The notes: generated from the sequence alone by a model not told the origin. Counted from the first letter of the stretch, positions 1 through 6,911 are shown. The stretch: 32,000 nucleotides of DNA from Candidatus Nanohalobium constans (GCF_009617975.1 NZ_CP040089.1:150001-182000), one strand, 5' to 3'. Made by a program: numbers and translations.

Positions 1-497
1 ATTTTGGCGATTGTAGGTGTTTCTATGTCGATATATCCTTCTTCATCGAACCATTCCTCCATTGACTGTACTAGATGGCTTCTCAGTGAGAAAATCGCGT
101 GTACTTCTGGCGTCCTCAAGTCGATGAAGCGGTTGTCTAATCTAGTTGAAAGGTCGGAGTCGATGTCTTTGGAGATATCCATCGGCAATGGTGACTCTGC
201 TTCTCCTACTATTTCCAGGGATTTCGGTACTAGTTCTCTGTTGCCTGGTGCTTGGTCTGTTTCAGTTACTTCTCCTTTTATGTGTACCAAGTCTTCTTTC
301 CCGACTTCTTGGGCTTTGTTGAACAGTTCCTCGTTTCTATCTTCCTTGAATGTTGCCTGGATCTGTCCTTCTCTGTCCCTGACGACTATGAAGGTGATTC
401 CTCCGAGGTCTCTGATTTCATGTGCCCATCCGGCGACGGCTACTTCTTCGCCGTCGTCTTCTGGCGTAATATCATGAGTATAGATTCTTTCAATCAT
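1..497 (-). CDS. aspS: Aspartyl-tRNA synthetase, archaeal type, N-terminal 165 codons (3' end runs off the window)
   Basis: Not in the supplied ORF track because it is edge-truncated. My minus-strand translation from the ATG at 497 reads MIERIYTHDITPEDDGEEVAVAGWAHEIRDLGGITFIVVRDREGQIQATF...DLSTRLDNRFIDLRTPEVHAIFSLRSHLVQSMEEWFDEEGYIDIETPTIAK. This is the OB-fold anticodon-binding domain plus the start of the class II core typical of archaeal AspRS. The Ser-rich plus-strand ORFs 4..477 and 252..503 are its antisense shadows. Confidence 0.88.
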   Translation of the reverse strand, partial: MIERIYTHDITPEDDGEEVAVAGWAHEIRDLGGITFIVVRDREGQIQATFKEDRNEELFNKAQEVGKEDLVHIKGEVTETDQAPGNRELVPKSLEIVGEAESPLPMDISKDIDSDLSTRLDNRFIDLRTPEVHAIFSLRSHLVQSMEEWFDEEGYIDIETPTIAK

Positions 498-646
498 AAT
501 TAGTTCACATTTTGATTTTCTGGTTCAAACTTTTATTCCCACTAGGTCCGATTTAATTGTCTTCATCCGAGTTCTACAGTGCTGTACCTAAACTGCAGAA
601 ACTTATTTAACGCTTGTAATACATTTATTTGATAGAGGTATTATTT

Positions 647-886
647 ATGGATACTTTGGCTGTGAAGGTTCCTGAAGGGCAGAAGAGAAAACTTGGTGAA
701 ATCGCTGAGGAGGAGGGATATCCAAACACCTCGGAGTTTGTAAGGGAGATGATTCGTGAAGAGATCAACAAGAGAAAAGTCCTCAGACAGGAATTTGTAG
801 AGGAGATTGAGGAAAGGGTTGAACAGGTAGAAAATGGAGAAATCAGCTTGGAAGATATGAAGACAAACGAAGAGTTGAAGAGCTAA
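647..886 (+). CDS. Ribbon-helix-helix (CopG/MetJ-like) antitoxin candidate
   Basis: MDTLAVKVPEGQKRKLGEIAEEEGYPNTSEFVREMIREEINKR has a beta-strand/helix/helix layout. It lies 16 nt upstream of a RelE/ParE-like ORF. The track start at 629 is possible, but the ATG at 647 fits the RHH N-terminal strand better. Confidence 0.6.
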   Translation: MDTLAVKVPEGQKRKLGEIAEEEGYPNTSEFVREMIREEINKRKVLRQEFVEEIEERVEQVENGEISLEDMKTNEELKS

Positions 887-902
887 AAACTGGTTTTAGG
901 AA

Positions 903-1223
903 ATGGCTGAAACAGTTTACTGGCATCCGCAAGCACGGATAGATCTCGAAAAATTATCTCAGAAAAAGCAGGACCTCATAACTGAGAGAGTAGGCGAATT
1001 TAGCAGAGAAGGAACAAGTTACAAGCACTTCGGCAGAGTAACTGTGCAGGAAAATAGCTTCGACAAGTTCAAAATAAAGGCAAAAGAGACTGAACCTTTC
1101 GAAGTAAATCAAAGAGTTATAATAGATCGATATCAGAACTCATGGATTATCTGGGGAGTAAAACACAGAGAAAATGTCTATGAATCAGAATTTGTCGAAG
1201 AAATAATGGAAAGAGAATATTGA
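903..1223 (+). CDS. RelE/ParE-family toxin candidate (type II TA)
   Basis: N-terminal VYWHPQARIDLEKL and C-terminal NQRVIIDRYQNSWIIWGVKHRENVY match the RelE/ParE pattern (yRviy...i.i..v.hR..vY). About 100 aa, directly downstream of the RHH gene. Confidence 0.55.
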   Translation: MAETVYWHPQARIDLEKLSQKKQDLITERVGEFSREGTSYKHFGRVTVQENSFDKFKIKAKETEPFEVNQRVIIDRYQNSWIIWGVKHRENVYESEFVEEIMEREY

Positions 1224-1228
1224 AACCA

Positions 1229-1249
1229 AGACTCAATCTCAGTGAGTCT
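1229..1249 (+). terminator. Perfect 7-bp hairpin immediately after the toxin stop codon
   Basis: AGACTCA-atctcag-TGAGTCT read directly, starting 6 nt after the stop at 1223. There is no long T-run, so a terminator role is tentative. Confidence 0.25.
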
Positions 1250-1303
1250 TCCGCATTCAGTAATAGGTTATGTTCAAAAAATCGCTCCTGTAAAAACTAA
1301 ATC

Positions 1304-1816
1304 ATGACTATAAACAAGACACAACTTAAAGAGAGAATCAAGGAGGACGATTTGATAAACAACTTCATCGACCTAGAGAACCAGTTACAGCCCGCGGGAT
1401 TCGATGTAACTGCTGCTGAAGTCCACAGGTTTGAGGAAGCTGGTCAACTCGACTTCTCAAACAGTGAAAGAGAAATACCGGATACAGAAGAAGTCAAACC
1501 GGTCAAGAAAGATGAGGAAGATGATTATGGCTGGTGGAATCTGGAACCAGGAGCCTACAAAGTAGTGATGAACGAAAGAGTCGATATACCGGAAAACTTT
1601 ATCGGGGTGGCTCATCCAAGAAGTTCTCTGCTACGTATGGGGTGTACAATTGGCAACGCTTTATGGGAGCCAGGGTACACTGGTCCGGGAGAGTTTGTCT
1701 TGATTGTTCAGAATCCTGAGGGCGTCGAGATTAAGGAGAACGCCCGTGTCAATCAATTGACTTTCGAGGAAATTGATGAGACAGAAGGTTATGATGGAGT
1801 ATACCACGAAGGATAG
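1304..1816 (+). CDS. dut: dUTPase / dCTP deaminase-family protein (archaeal Dut-like)
   Basis: LQPAGFDVT, GVAHPRSSLLRMG and EPGYTGPGEFVLIV resemble the trimeric dUTPase/dCTP-deaminase fold motifs. The 170 aa protein has an acidic insertion. Confidence 0.7.
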   Translation: MTINKTQLKERIKEDDLINNFIDLENQLQPAGFDVTAAEVHRFEEAGQLDFSNSEREIPDTEEVKPVKKDEEDDYGWWNLEPGAYKVVMNERVDIPENFIGVAHPRSSLLRMGCTIGNALWEPGYTGPGEFVLIVQNPEGVEIKENARVNQLTFEEIDETEGYDGVYHEG

Positions 1817-1826
1817 CTAGTATTTT

Positions 1827-1897
1827 TGGTGATGATGAGAGTTACACTTACTGACCCTGGTAACGGGGAGTGATGTACAACGAACACCTCTGAACCA
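1827..1897 (+). ncRNA. C/D box sRNA candidate (2'-O-methylation guide)
   Basis: Box layout:
- C box ATGATGA at 1832-1838.
- 12-nt guide GAGTTACACTTA.
- D-prime box CTGA at 1851-1854.
- 15-nt spacer.
- C-prime box GTGATGT at 1870-1876.
- 13-nt guide ACAACGAACACCT.
- D box CTGA at 1890-1893.
- Terminal stem TGGT (1827-1830) pairing with ACCA (1894-1897).
The element lies in a 143-nt spacer with no ORF. Confidence 0.6.
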
Positions 1898-1959
1898 ACT
1901 AGTTTTCACTTTTCCCTTGCACCGGATTTTTTAATAACAACCAAGTTCCAAAACAGTCT

Positions 1960-2322
1960 ATGCCTGATCAGGATCAACTCTATGTAAAACTAGAAGGTCA
2001 TGAAGACCTCCGCCAGGAACTCCACAGCATCAACCACATCGTCAAAAATGTCGAAGAAGCCAGCCAGGTCCTCGAAGAAATCCGCAGCGTCAAACAGAAG
2101 ACTATTCAGAACATACAAGAAAATATACTGGAACTAAATCAACGCATAGAGAACATCCACAGCGAAATGCCAAATGTAGAAGACCAAGAACTATCCGCAG
2201 ACATCTCACCTAGCCAGAACAGCTCAGATGGAAACTCCGAGACAGGAGAAATCGACCAAAGCGTCAACCAGTTGCATGATCAGTTGCAGACACTGAAAGA
2301 CGAGCTACAAGAACTGGACTAA
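1960..2322 (+). CDS. Hypothetical acidic coiled-coil protein
   Basis: 120 aa with heptad-like helical N- and C-terminal segments (LRQELHSINHIVKNVEEASQVLEEI, VNQLHDQLQTLKDELQEL) around a Ser/Asp-rich linker. No family recognised. Confidence 0.45.
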   Translation: MPDQDQLYVKLEGHEDLRQELHSINHIVKNVEEASQVLEEIRSVKQKTIQNIQENILELNQRIENIHSEMPNVEDQELSADISPSQNSSDGNSETGEIDQSVNQLHDQLQTLKDELQELD

Positions 2323-2325
2323 TTT

Positions 2326-3014
2326 CTATTTCTGAGCTTTGAAGTATAGGGTACTCACATACGGTCTTTCATCTTCTATTATCCAGGATCTTCCTGTCTC
2401 TAACTCATTGAAATGTGTTTCGAGTTGTTCTTCATGGCTTTCCTGTCTCATCTCTGAGGTTAGATATGCTAGAGCTCCGGTTTTTCTGAACTGCATCATT
2501 TGATCGGGTCGCAAGGGGCGGTACATTTTGATATCTCCAACAAAATATCCTTCTGGTTTTAGAACTCTCTTTACTTCATCTATTACTTCTTCTGAAGATT
2601 CTTCATCGAAGTTATTGAGAAATCTGCCAGCAGTCACTATATCAACTGCTTCATCATCAAAAGGTAGTTTTCCAGCATCTGCCAGCACAAACTCTCTTCC
2701 GGGCTCGTTTCCATCGTAGACAGGGTTTTCGACACCATGTCCGCAGCCAACTCCGTTAACAGGATAATTTCTGATGTCTAAACCGTAACTTTCAGAAATA
2801 TCTAACATTTCTTCAACATCTTCAGCACATGGAGATCGAGGTCCGGTACCAAGATCCAGATGGTGCCCCTTTCTTCCACTTCAATATCCTCCAACAGATC
2901 TTCGAAGCTATAGTTATCGGAAAAACTGGTATGTTGGTTCAGCTTTCGATGTGCAAAGGGGTAGCTCATTCCTGTTACCCATGCACTCCAGCCGGCCCAG
3001 AAAATTTCTTCCAT
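2326..3014 (-). pseudogene. Class I SAM-dependent methyltransferase interrupted by a single frameshift
   Basis: Track ORFs 2802..3014 and 2326..2808 are two pieces of one gene. Extending the downstream frame upstream gives SGRKGHHLDLGTGPRSPCAEDVEEMLDISE, the motif I (DLGTG) SAM-binding loop, with a TGA just before it. The frames meet at a G4 run on the coding strand (2866-2869). Later motifs are LADAGKLPFDDEAVDIV and LKPEGYF. Confidence 0.75.
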
Positions 3015-3057
3015 GCTGCAGAATTAGTTTAAATTGTTATATTAGAAACTGAGTAAG

Positions 3058-3178
3058 TGCCGGGGACAAGATTTGAACTTGCGAACCCCTGCGGGAATGG
3101 ATCTTGAGTCCATCGCCTCTAACCCTCCAAGAGTTTTCCTGTGAGCTCAGTGGAGATTGGCCACTTGGCTACCCCGGC
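3058..3178 (-). tRNA. tRNA-Leu(CAA) with an insertion of about 36-39 nt (non-canonical intron) in the D-loop
   Basis: Elements read on the minus strand:
- Acceptor stem GCCGGGG/CCCCGGC plus discriminator A.
- Anticodon arm ATGGA-CTCAAGA-TCCAT.
- Long variable arm CCCGCAGGGG.
- T arm GCAAG-TTCAAAT-CTTGT.
- D arm GCC-AAGTGGCCAA...GGC, interrupted by TCTCCACTGAGCTCACAGGAAAACTCTTGGAGGGTTAGA (about 3118-3156). Confidence 0.82.
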
Positions 3179-3217
3179 ATTTAGTATGATGTCTTGAGGG
3201 GTCTAAGTGTTAAGTAG

Positions 3218-4051
3218 CTAGGATGTGTGGGCTTTTATTGGGTTTACTGTTTTGATGAATTTGTCGATGTCCTTCATTGATACTTGTACTTGGTGAGGTC
3301 CGCCGTCGACAGTTTTTATATTTAGAGTTAAGCACATTTCTCTGAAGTCTTCTAGAAGGGGTTCAGAGTAGTTTTTGAATATTATTCTCTTGTAGCATCT
3401 ATTTTTTCTTTTGTCATTGTATATTGATCCATCTGTGTCTATTAGGCCTTTGACGCACCTTCTACAGAATTTCTCTGACTTTTTGATCCAGTTTGGAATG
3501 GATACTTGTTTTTCAGTCTTGTGGCCGGGTTCTAGCCCTATTTCTTGGAATTTTTCTACAGCATCTTTGCTGTGGATGACTATTCTCACACAGTTGCCTT
3601 GTTTCTTGTATGTTTTGGCTTCCAAACCAGTTACTTCTTCTAATAGATTTCCTGAGTTTTCGATTATTTCTTCCTCATCTTTGTTCAGTGTAATCGAAAC
3701 AAAGTAAGTTGAGGTATTTCTACTGTTGTTTCGTCTGGATCTATACTGTATATGCCCATCTCCAAGAATTAAGCCACATAGTTCAGCTAGATCGCCATTT
3801 TTAGTAAAATTGGCTATTTCTTTTGAGCCGTATCGATCATCAGAAACTAGTTCATGGTTAATTTCCCTATCCGCAATTTCCAATAACTTCTCAAAGGATT
3901 CCAAACTCATTTTGTGGTCTCGGTAAAGACAACTGTCTATTCTGGTGCCTATTTCGTCCGATATTTTAGCATTTGTATACCCTGAATTTCTCAAGTCTTC
4001 AACTGCTGCCTTAAGATCTGAGTTATCGCATTTGACTCTGGAGGCAGCCAT
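3218..4051 (-). CDS. Free-standing double-motif LAGLIDADG endonuclease-family protein with an N-terminal HTH-like region
   Basis: Two LAGLIDADG motifs, LCGLILGDGHI and VKGLIDTDGSI, lie about 105 aa apart. The gene is not embedded in an intron or intein. It sits on the same strand as tRNA-Leu and 39 nt upstream of it. Confidence 0.85.
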   Translation of the reverse strand: MAASRVKCDNSDLKAAVEDLRNSGYTNAKISDEIGTRIDSCLYRDHKMSLESFEKLLEIADREINHELVSDDRYGSKEIANFTKNGDLAELCGLILGDGHIQYRSRRNNSRNTSTYFVSITLNKDEEEIIENSGNLLEEVTGLEAKTYKKQGNCVRIVIHSKDAVEKFQEIGLEPGHKTEKQVSIPNWIKKSEKFCRRCVKGLIDTDGSIYNDKRKNRCYKRIIFKNYSEPLLEDFREMCLTLNIKTVDGGPHQVQVSMKDIDKFIKTVNPIKAHTS

Positions 4052-4074
4052 AGAATACTATTTAGCTTTCAAAA

Positions 4075-4428
4075 TTAAAATCTGATTGTTTTTCTTTCGC
4101 CTGTTTTGCTGGGGTCTGGGTTGATTAGTTTGTAGGCGTGGTCTTGTATTTCTGCGAATTTGCCGCATCTGGGGCATTTGGTGTATCCGTTGTGTTCTCC
4201 GTCGTGCGTGTTTTGGTATCCGCAGCTACAGTTTACCTGTGTTTCCAGGCTGTCGACATCGAGGTCGACTCGTTCAAGAATTGTGCCGCGTGCAAAGTGT
4301 TGGAATAGTGCTTGGAACTGGTGGGGTTCGCACAGTTTTTCGTTTACTTTGATCTCGGCTTTTCCGTTTGTGGATAGTCGGGATAGGTCCTGCATCAGTC
4401 CGATCAGTGCGTTGCCGACTTTTTCCAT
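4075..4428 (-). CDS. HypA-like zinc-ribbon protein (lacks the N-terminal MHE nickel site)
   Basis: Length (117 aa) and layout resemble HypA/HybF: a helical N-terminal region followed by CSCG...x17...CPRCG and a C-terminal beta segment. The N-terminus is MEKV, not MHE. Confidence 0.4.
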   Translation of the reverse strand: MEKVGNALIGLMQDLSRLSTNGKAEIKVNEKLCEPHQFQALFQHFARGTILERVDLDVDSLETQVNCSCGYQNTHDGEHNGYTKCPRCGKFAEIQDHAYKLINPDPSKTGERKTIRF

Positions 4429-4558
4429 TTTTTGTGTATGCCTCGAATCAAAGTTCGCTCCCCTCTTTATCTAACTGTGGCTTCCCCCGAAGCCCTATTG
4501 ATGTACTTTACAACAATGGTTTAAATTATGTAAGCATGGTTACACTAACCTGCAATCT

Positions 4559-4909
4559 ATGGGCAGAGACATCCGGAAATGGCTGCAAAAATTCGAGAAG
4601 TCTTGGAAATCGCAGGATGTTGAATCTGTTCTCGAGCTTTTCACTGGGGATGTCGTGTACTACGAAACTCCGACTCAGAAACTTGAAAGTAAAGATGAAA
4701 TACGGGAGGAATGGGAAGGTATTGAGAGCCAGAAGGATATTGAATTAGATTTTGAGGTTTTCTCCGCCGATGAGGAAAAGTTTACGGTAAAATGGAGTCT
4801 TTCATACTTCCAAAATGGAAAACAGAGGGATTTGAACGGTATCTATCTGATCGGGTTGAATAAGGAGAATAAGTGTTTTGAGTTCCGGCAGTACTGTCAA
4901 CTTGAGTAG
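4559..4909 (+). CDS. SnoaL/NTF2-like fold protein
   Basis: 116 aa with an IRKWLQKFEKSWKSQDVESVLELFTGDVVYYETP opening, typical of SnoaL-like / DUF4440 cone-shaped alpha+beta proteins. Confidence 0.45.
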   Translation: MGRDIRKWLQKFEKSWKSQDVESVLELFTGDVVYYETPTQKLESKDEIREEWEGIESQKDIELDFEVFSADEEKFTVKWSLSYFQNGKQRDLNGIYLIGLNKENKCFEFRQYCQLE

Positions 4910-5826
4910 TTTTGTTCTGCCAGTGCTATTGCGCCTTTAACACCTATGTTTTCGATTTCAGTAACCTTCATTTCCGGTTCTGGGTTTGCTGAAAGATACT
5001 TTACACGCTTCATTATCTCCTCCATAAACTCAGGATGCTTCTGAGCTATCGTACCTCTAAAAGTAATTAACTCAGGAGCGTATGCGTTGACTACATTGGC
5101 CACGCCTACAGCATTGATATGGGCTAACTCATCAATACAGTCCTCTGCCACTTCATCGTATTCTTCAGCCTTCTCCAACATTTCTTCCAATGTTATATCT
5201 TCTTCACCGTGTTTGCCGGTTTTCTTTTTTGCTTCCGTATGCCTAGTGTCTTTCCTAACTATTTTCTCGATTGTTTCAGGCAGCTCCTTTCCCGAACACA
5301 GATCCATCCAAGTCAATCCTTTCTCATAGTCTAGTACTATGGAGCCTGCAGCAGGCATTCTGTTTCCACTACTCAACAGCTTGTTATCGAAGTATACGCC
5401 TGCTCCAATACCGCCCCACATATTGACAGTAGCTAAATTATCTACATCCTGTTCCCCATGCTTTTTCTGACCTATAACAGCAGTATTGCAGTTAGCCTCC
5501 AATGAAACAGGAATACCAAAATTTTCCTCTACTTCATTGAAAGAAATCTCATCTAGATACTTTGAGCATGTCATCTCCTTCTCTTCCTTGTCAACGATGG
5601 CGGAAACCCCGATACCCACACCATCTATCTCCTCTGCGTTATATTCAGAGTCTTCAATAAAATCACTTACCAGTTCCAAAAACCCATTTACGGACCAGTA
5701 ATCACCGGTCCTAATCTCGTCGACATTAACTAAGTTTTCAGAGTTTCCTATACCAATTCTAGTAATCTTAGCTCCGATATCCACTCCTAAAAATACATTT
5801 TCCATCATAATTGAAACTAATAACAC
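4897..5826 (-). CDS. ROK-family sugar kinase (glucokinase-like)
   Basis: ASKHA phosphate-1 motif FLGVDIGAKITRIGIG, and a ROK-like GGIGAGVYFDNKLLSSGNRMPAAGSI segment. The ROK Cys motif is degenerate. The true start is probably the ATG at 5808 or 5805 (MMENVF). Confidence 0.65.
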   Translation of the reverse strand: MLLVSIMMENVFLGVDIGAKITRIGIGNSENLVNVDEIRTGDYWSVNGFLELVSDFIEDSEYNAEEIDGVGIGVSAIVDKEEKEMTCSKYLDEISFNEVEENFGIPVSLEANCNTAVIGQKKHGEQDVDNLATVNMWGGIGAGVYFDNKLLSSGNRMPAAGSIVLDYEKGLTWMDLCSGKELPETIEKIVRKDTRHTEAKKKTGKHGEEDITLEEMLEKAEEYDEVAEDCIDELAHINAVGVANVVNAYAPELITFRGTIAQKHPEFMEEIMKRVKYLSANPEPEMKVTEIENIGVKGAIALAEQNYSS

Positions 5827-6021
5827 CTATGAACTTATGTAGGATATTACAGAGAAGTAAACATGTTGGCAGCATGCCTAAATCACCGTAATATGGAGAT
5901 ATTAGCCTTATTTAGAACTTTTAAGTTGCTTGTGCCTTCTTTATAGGCTTTATAATTGTTTTGCCTACAATCAATGTAATAAATAGACATATTTTTAATT
6001 CTGGCTATATAAGACAGTACT

Positions 6022-6660
6022 ATGGATAAGCCAGATTTTGGAAAAGAGTCTTTGGCAGAGTTTGTCGGCATTATGCTTGGTGATGGTTCCATAGCCGAGT
6101 ATAAATGCTCTGATGGTTCTGGAGAGATCAAGATTCAGCGTGTTGTGAAAGTTACTATATCTAAAGACGAACAGGATTATGCAGATCATATATCGGGGCT
6201 TTACCAGGAGCTCTTCGATATTGAGCTGCGCAGACATGAAAAGAAGAGTGAGAATACCTTGGATGTCAGATGTTTCCAGAAAGAACTTTTCGAATTTATG
6301 ACGGAGGAAGTAGGTCTTAAGACTGCTCCGAAGAAAGGTAGAGCAATGGTTCCCGACAGATATACTCGGGAAGAATTGTCAAGTCATCTGCTTAGAGGAC
6401 TCTTCGATACAGATGGAAGTCTCGTTCTCACGGATAATAATGGAACGCTCTATCCACGCCTCGAAATTAAAATCTCACAGTCTCCAATGCAAGACCAAGT
6501 TACAGAACTTCTGGAAGACAAAGGATTTAGATTCGGGAGTTACGACTGCGGTAACGGCAAGATTAGAATACAGATGAATGGCAAAGGTCAACTTCAAAAG
6601 TGGCAAGAAGAAATAGGATTCAACAACCAAAGACATTTAAGCAAGTTAGAAAGGATTTGA
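6022..6660 (+). CDS. Free-standing double-motif LAGLIDADG endonuclease-family protein
   Basis: FVGIMLGDGSI and LRGLFDTDGSL motifs lie about 105 aa apart, the same architecture as 3218..4051 without the N-terminal extension. The gene ends 8 nt from the 3' end of tRNAi-Met, in convergent orientation. Confidence 0.85.
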   Translation: MDKPDFGKESLAEFVGIMLGDGSIAEYKCSDGSGEIKIQRVVKVTISKDEQDYADHISGLYQELFDIELRRHEKKSENTLDVRCFQKELFEFMTEEVGLKTAPKKGRAMVPDRYTREELSSHLLRGLFDTDGSLVLTDNNGTLYPRLEIKISQSPMQDQVTELLEDKGFRFGSYDCGNGKIRIQMNGKGQLQKWQEEIGFNNQRHLSKLERI

Positions 6661-6668
6661 AAAGTGTT

Positions 6669-6815
6669 TAGCGGGGCGTGGATTTGAACCACGGACCTCC
6701 GGGTTTCTCAGATTCTCAAGGTAATTCACTGTGGAGTGTTTCCTATGAGCCTTTCGCGGTAATCCGTACAAAGCGGAAAAACCTCGACGAGCACTCCTGG
6801 CTGCTCTACCCCGCT
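6669..6815 (-). tRNA. Initiator tRNA-Met(CAT) with two introns (about 33 nt in the anticodon stem, about 39 nt at canonical 37/38)
   Basis: Elements on the minus strand:
- Archaeal initiator acceptor stem AGCGGGG/CCCCGCT plus A.
- D arm GAGC-AGCCAGGAGT-GCTC.
- T arm CGTGG-TTCAAAT-CCACG.
Removing 6752-6784 and 6705-6743 gives the anticodon arm TCGGG-CTCATAA-CCCGG, which has the three consecutive G-C pairs characteristic of initiators. The mature length is 75 nt. Track ORF 6646..6834 is a shadow of this gene. Confidence 0.85.
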
Positions 6816-6911
6816 GTCTCTGTATCAAGTACAATTGGCGTTCACTCTTTTAAACTATCCATCTCGTGAATGTGGAAGGACTAAAAAGGTCTGCAGAAAA
6901 CCCTTCTTTCT

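Noticed and set aside
4-503. Plus-strand ORFs 4..477 (157 aa) and 252..503 (83 aa)
   Set aside because: They are Ser-rich and low-complexity, and lie exactly antisense to a minus-strand reading frame that gives an excellent archaeal AspRS N-terminus. They are shadow ORFs created by the GAA/GAC-rich sense strand.
4479-4494. Perfect hairpin GGCTTC-cccc-GAAGCC in the divergent spacer between the HypA-like and SnoaL-like genes
   Set aside because: It is real in the sequence, but it is a single short stem with no repeat copies elsewhere in the window and no adjacent T-run. That is insufficient to assign a function.
6646-6834. 62-aa minus-strand ORF, plus 6678..6869 on the plus strand
   Set aside because: Both lie entirely over the two-intron tRNAi-Met gene. 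The basic Arg-rich translation is unlike the acidic proteome.
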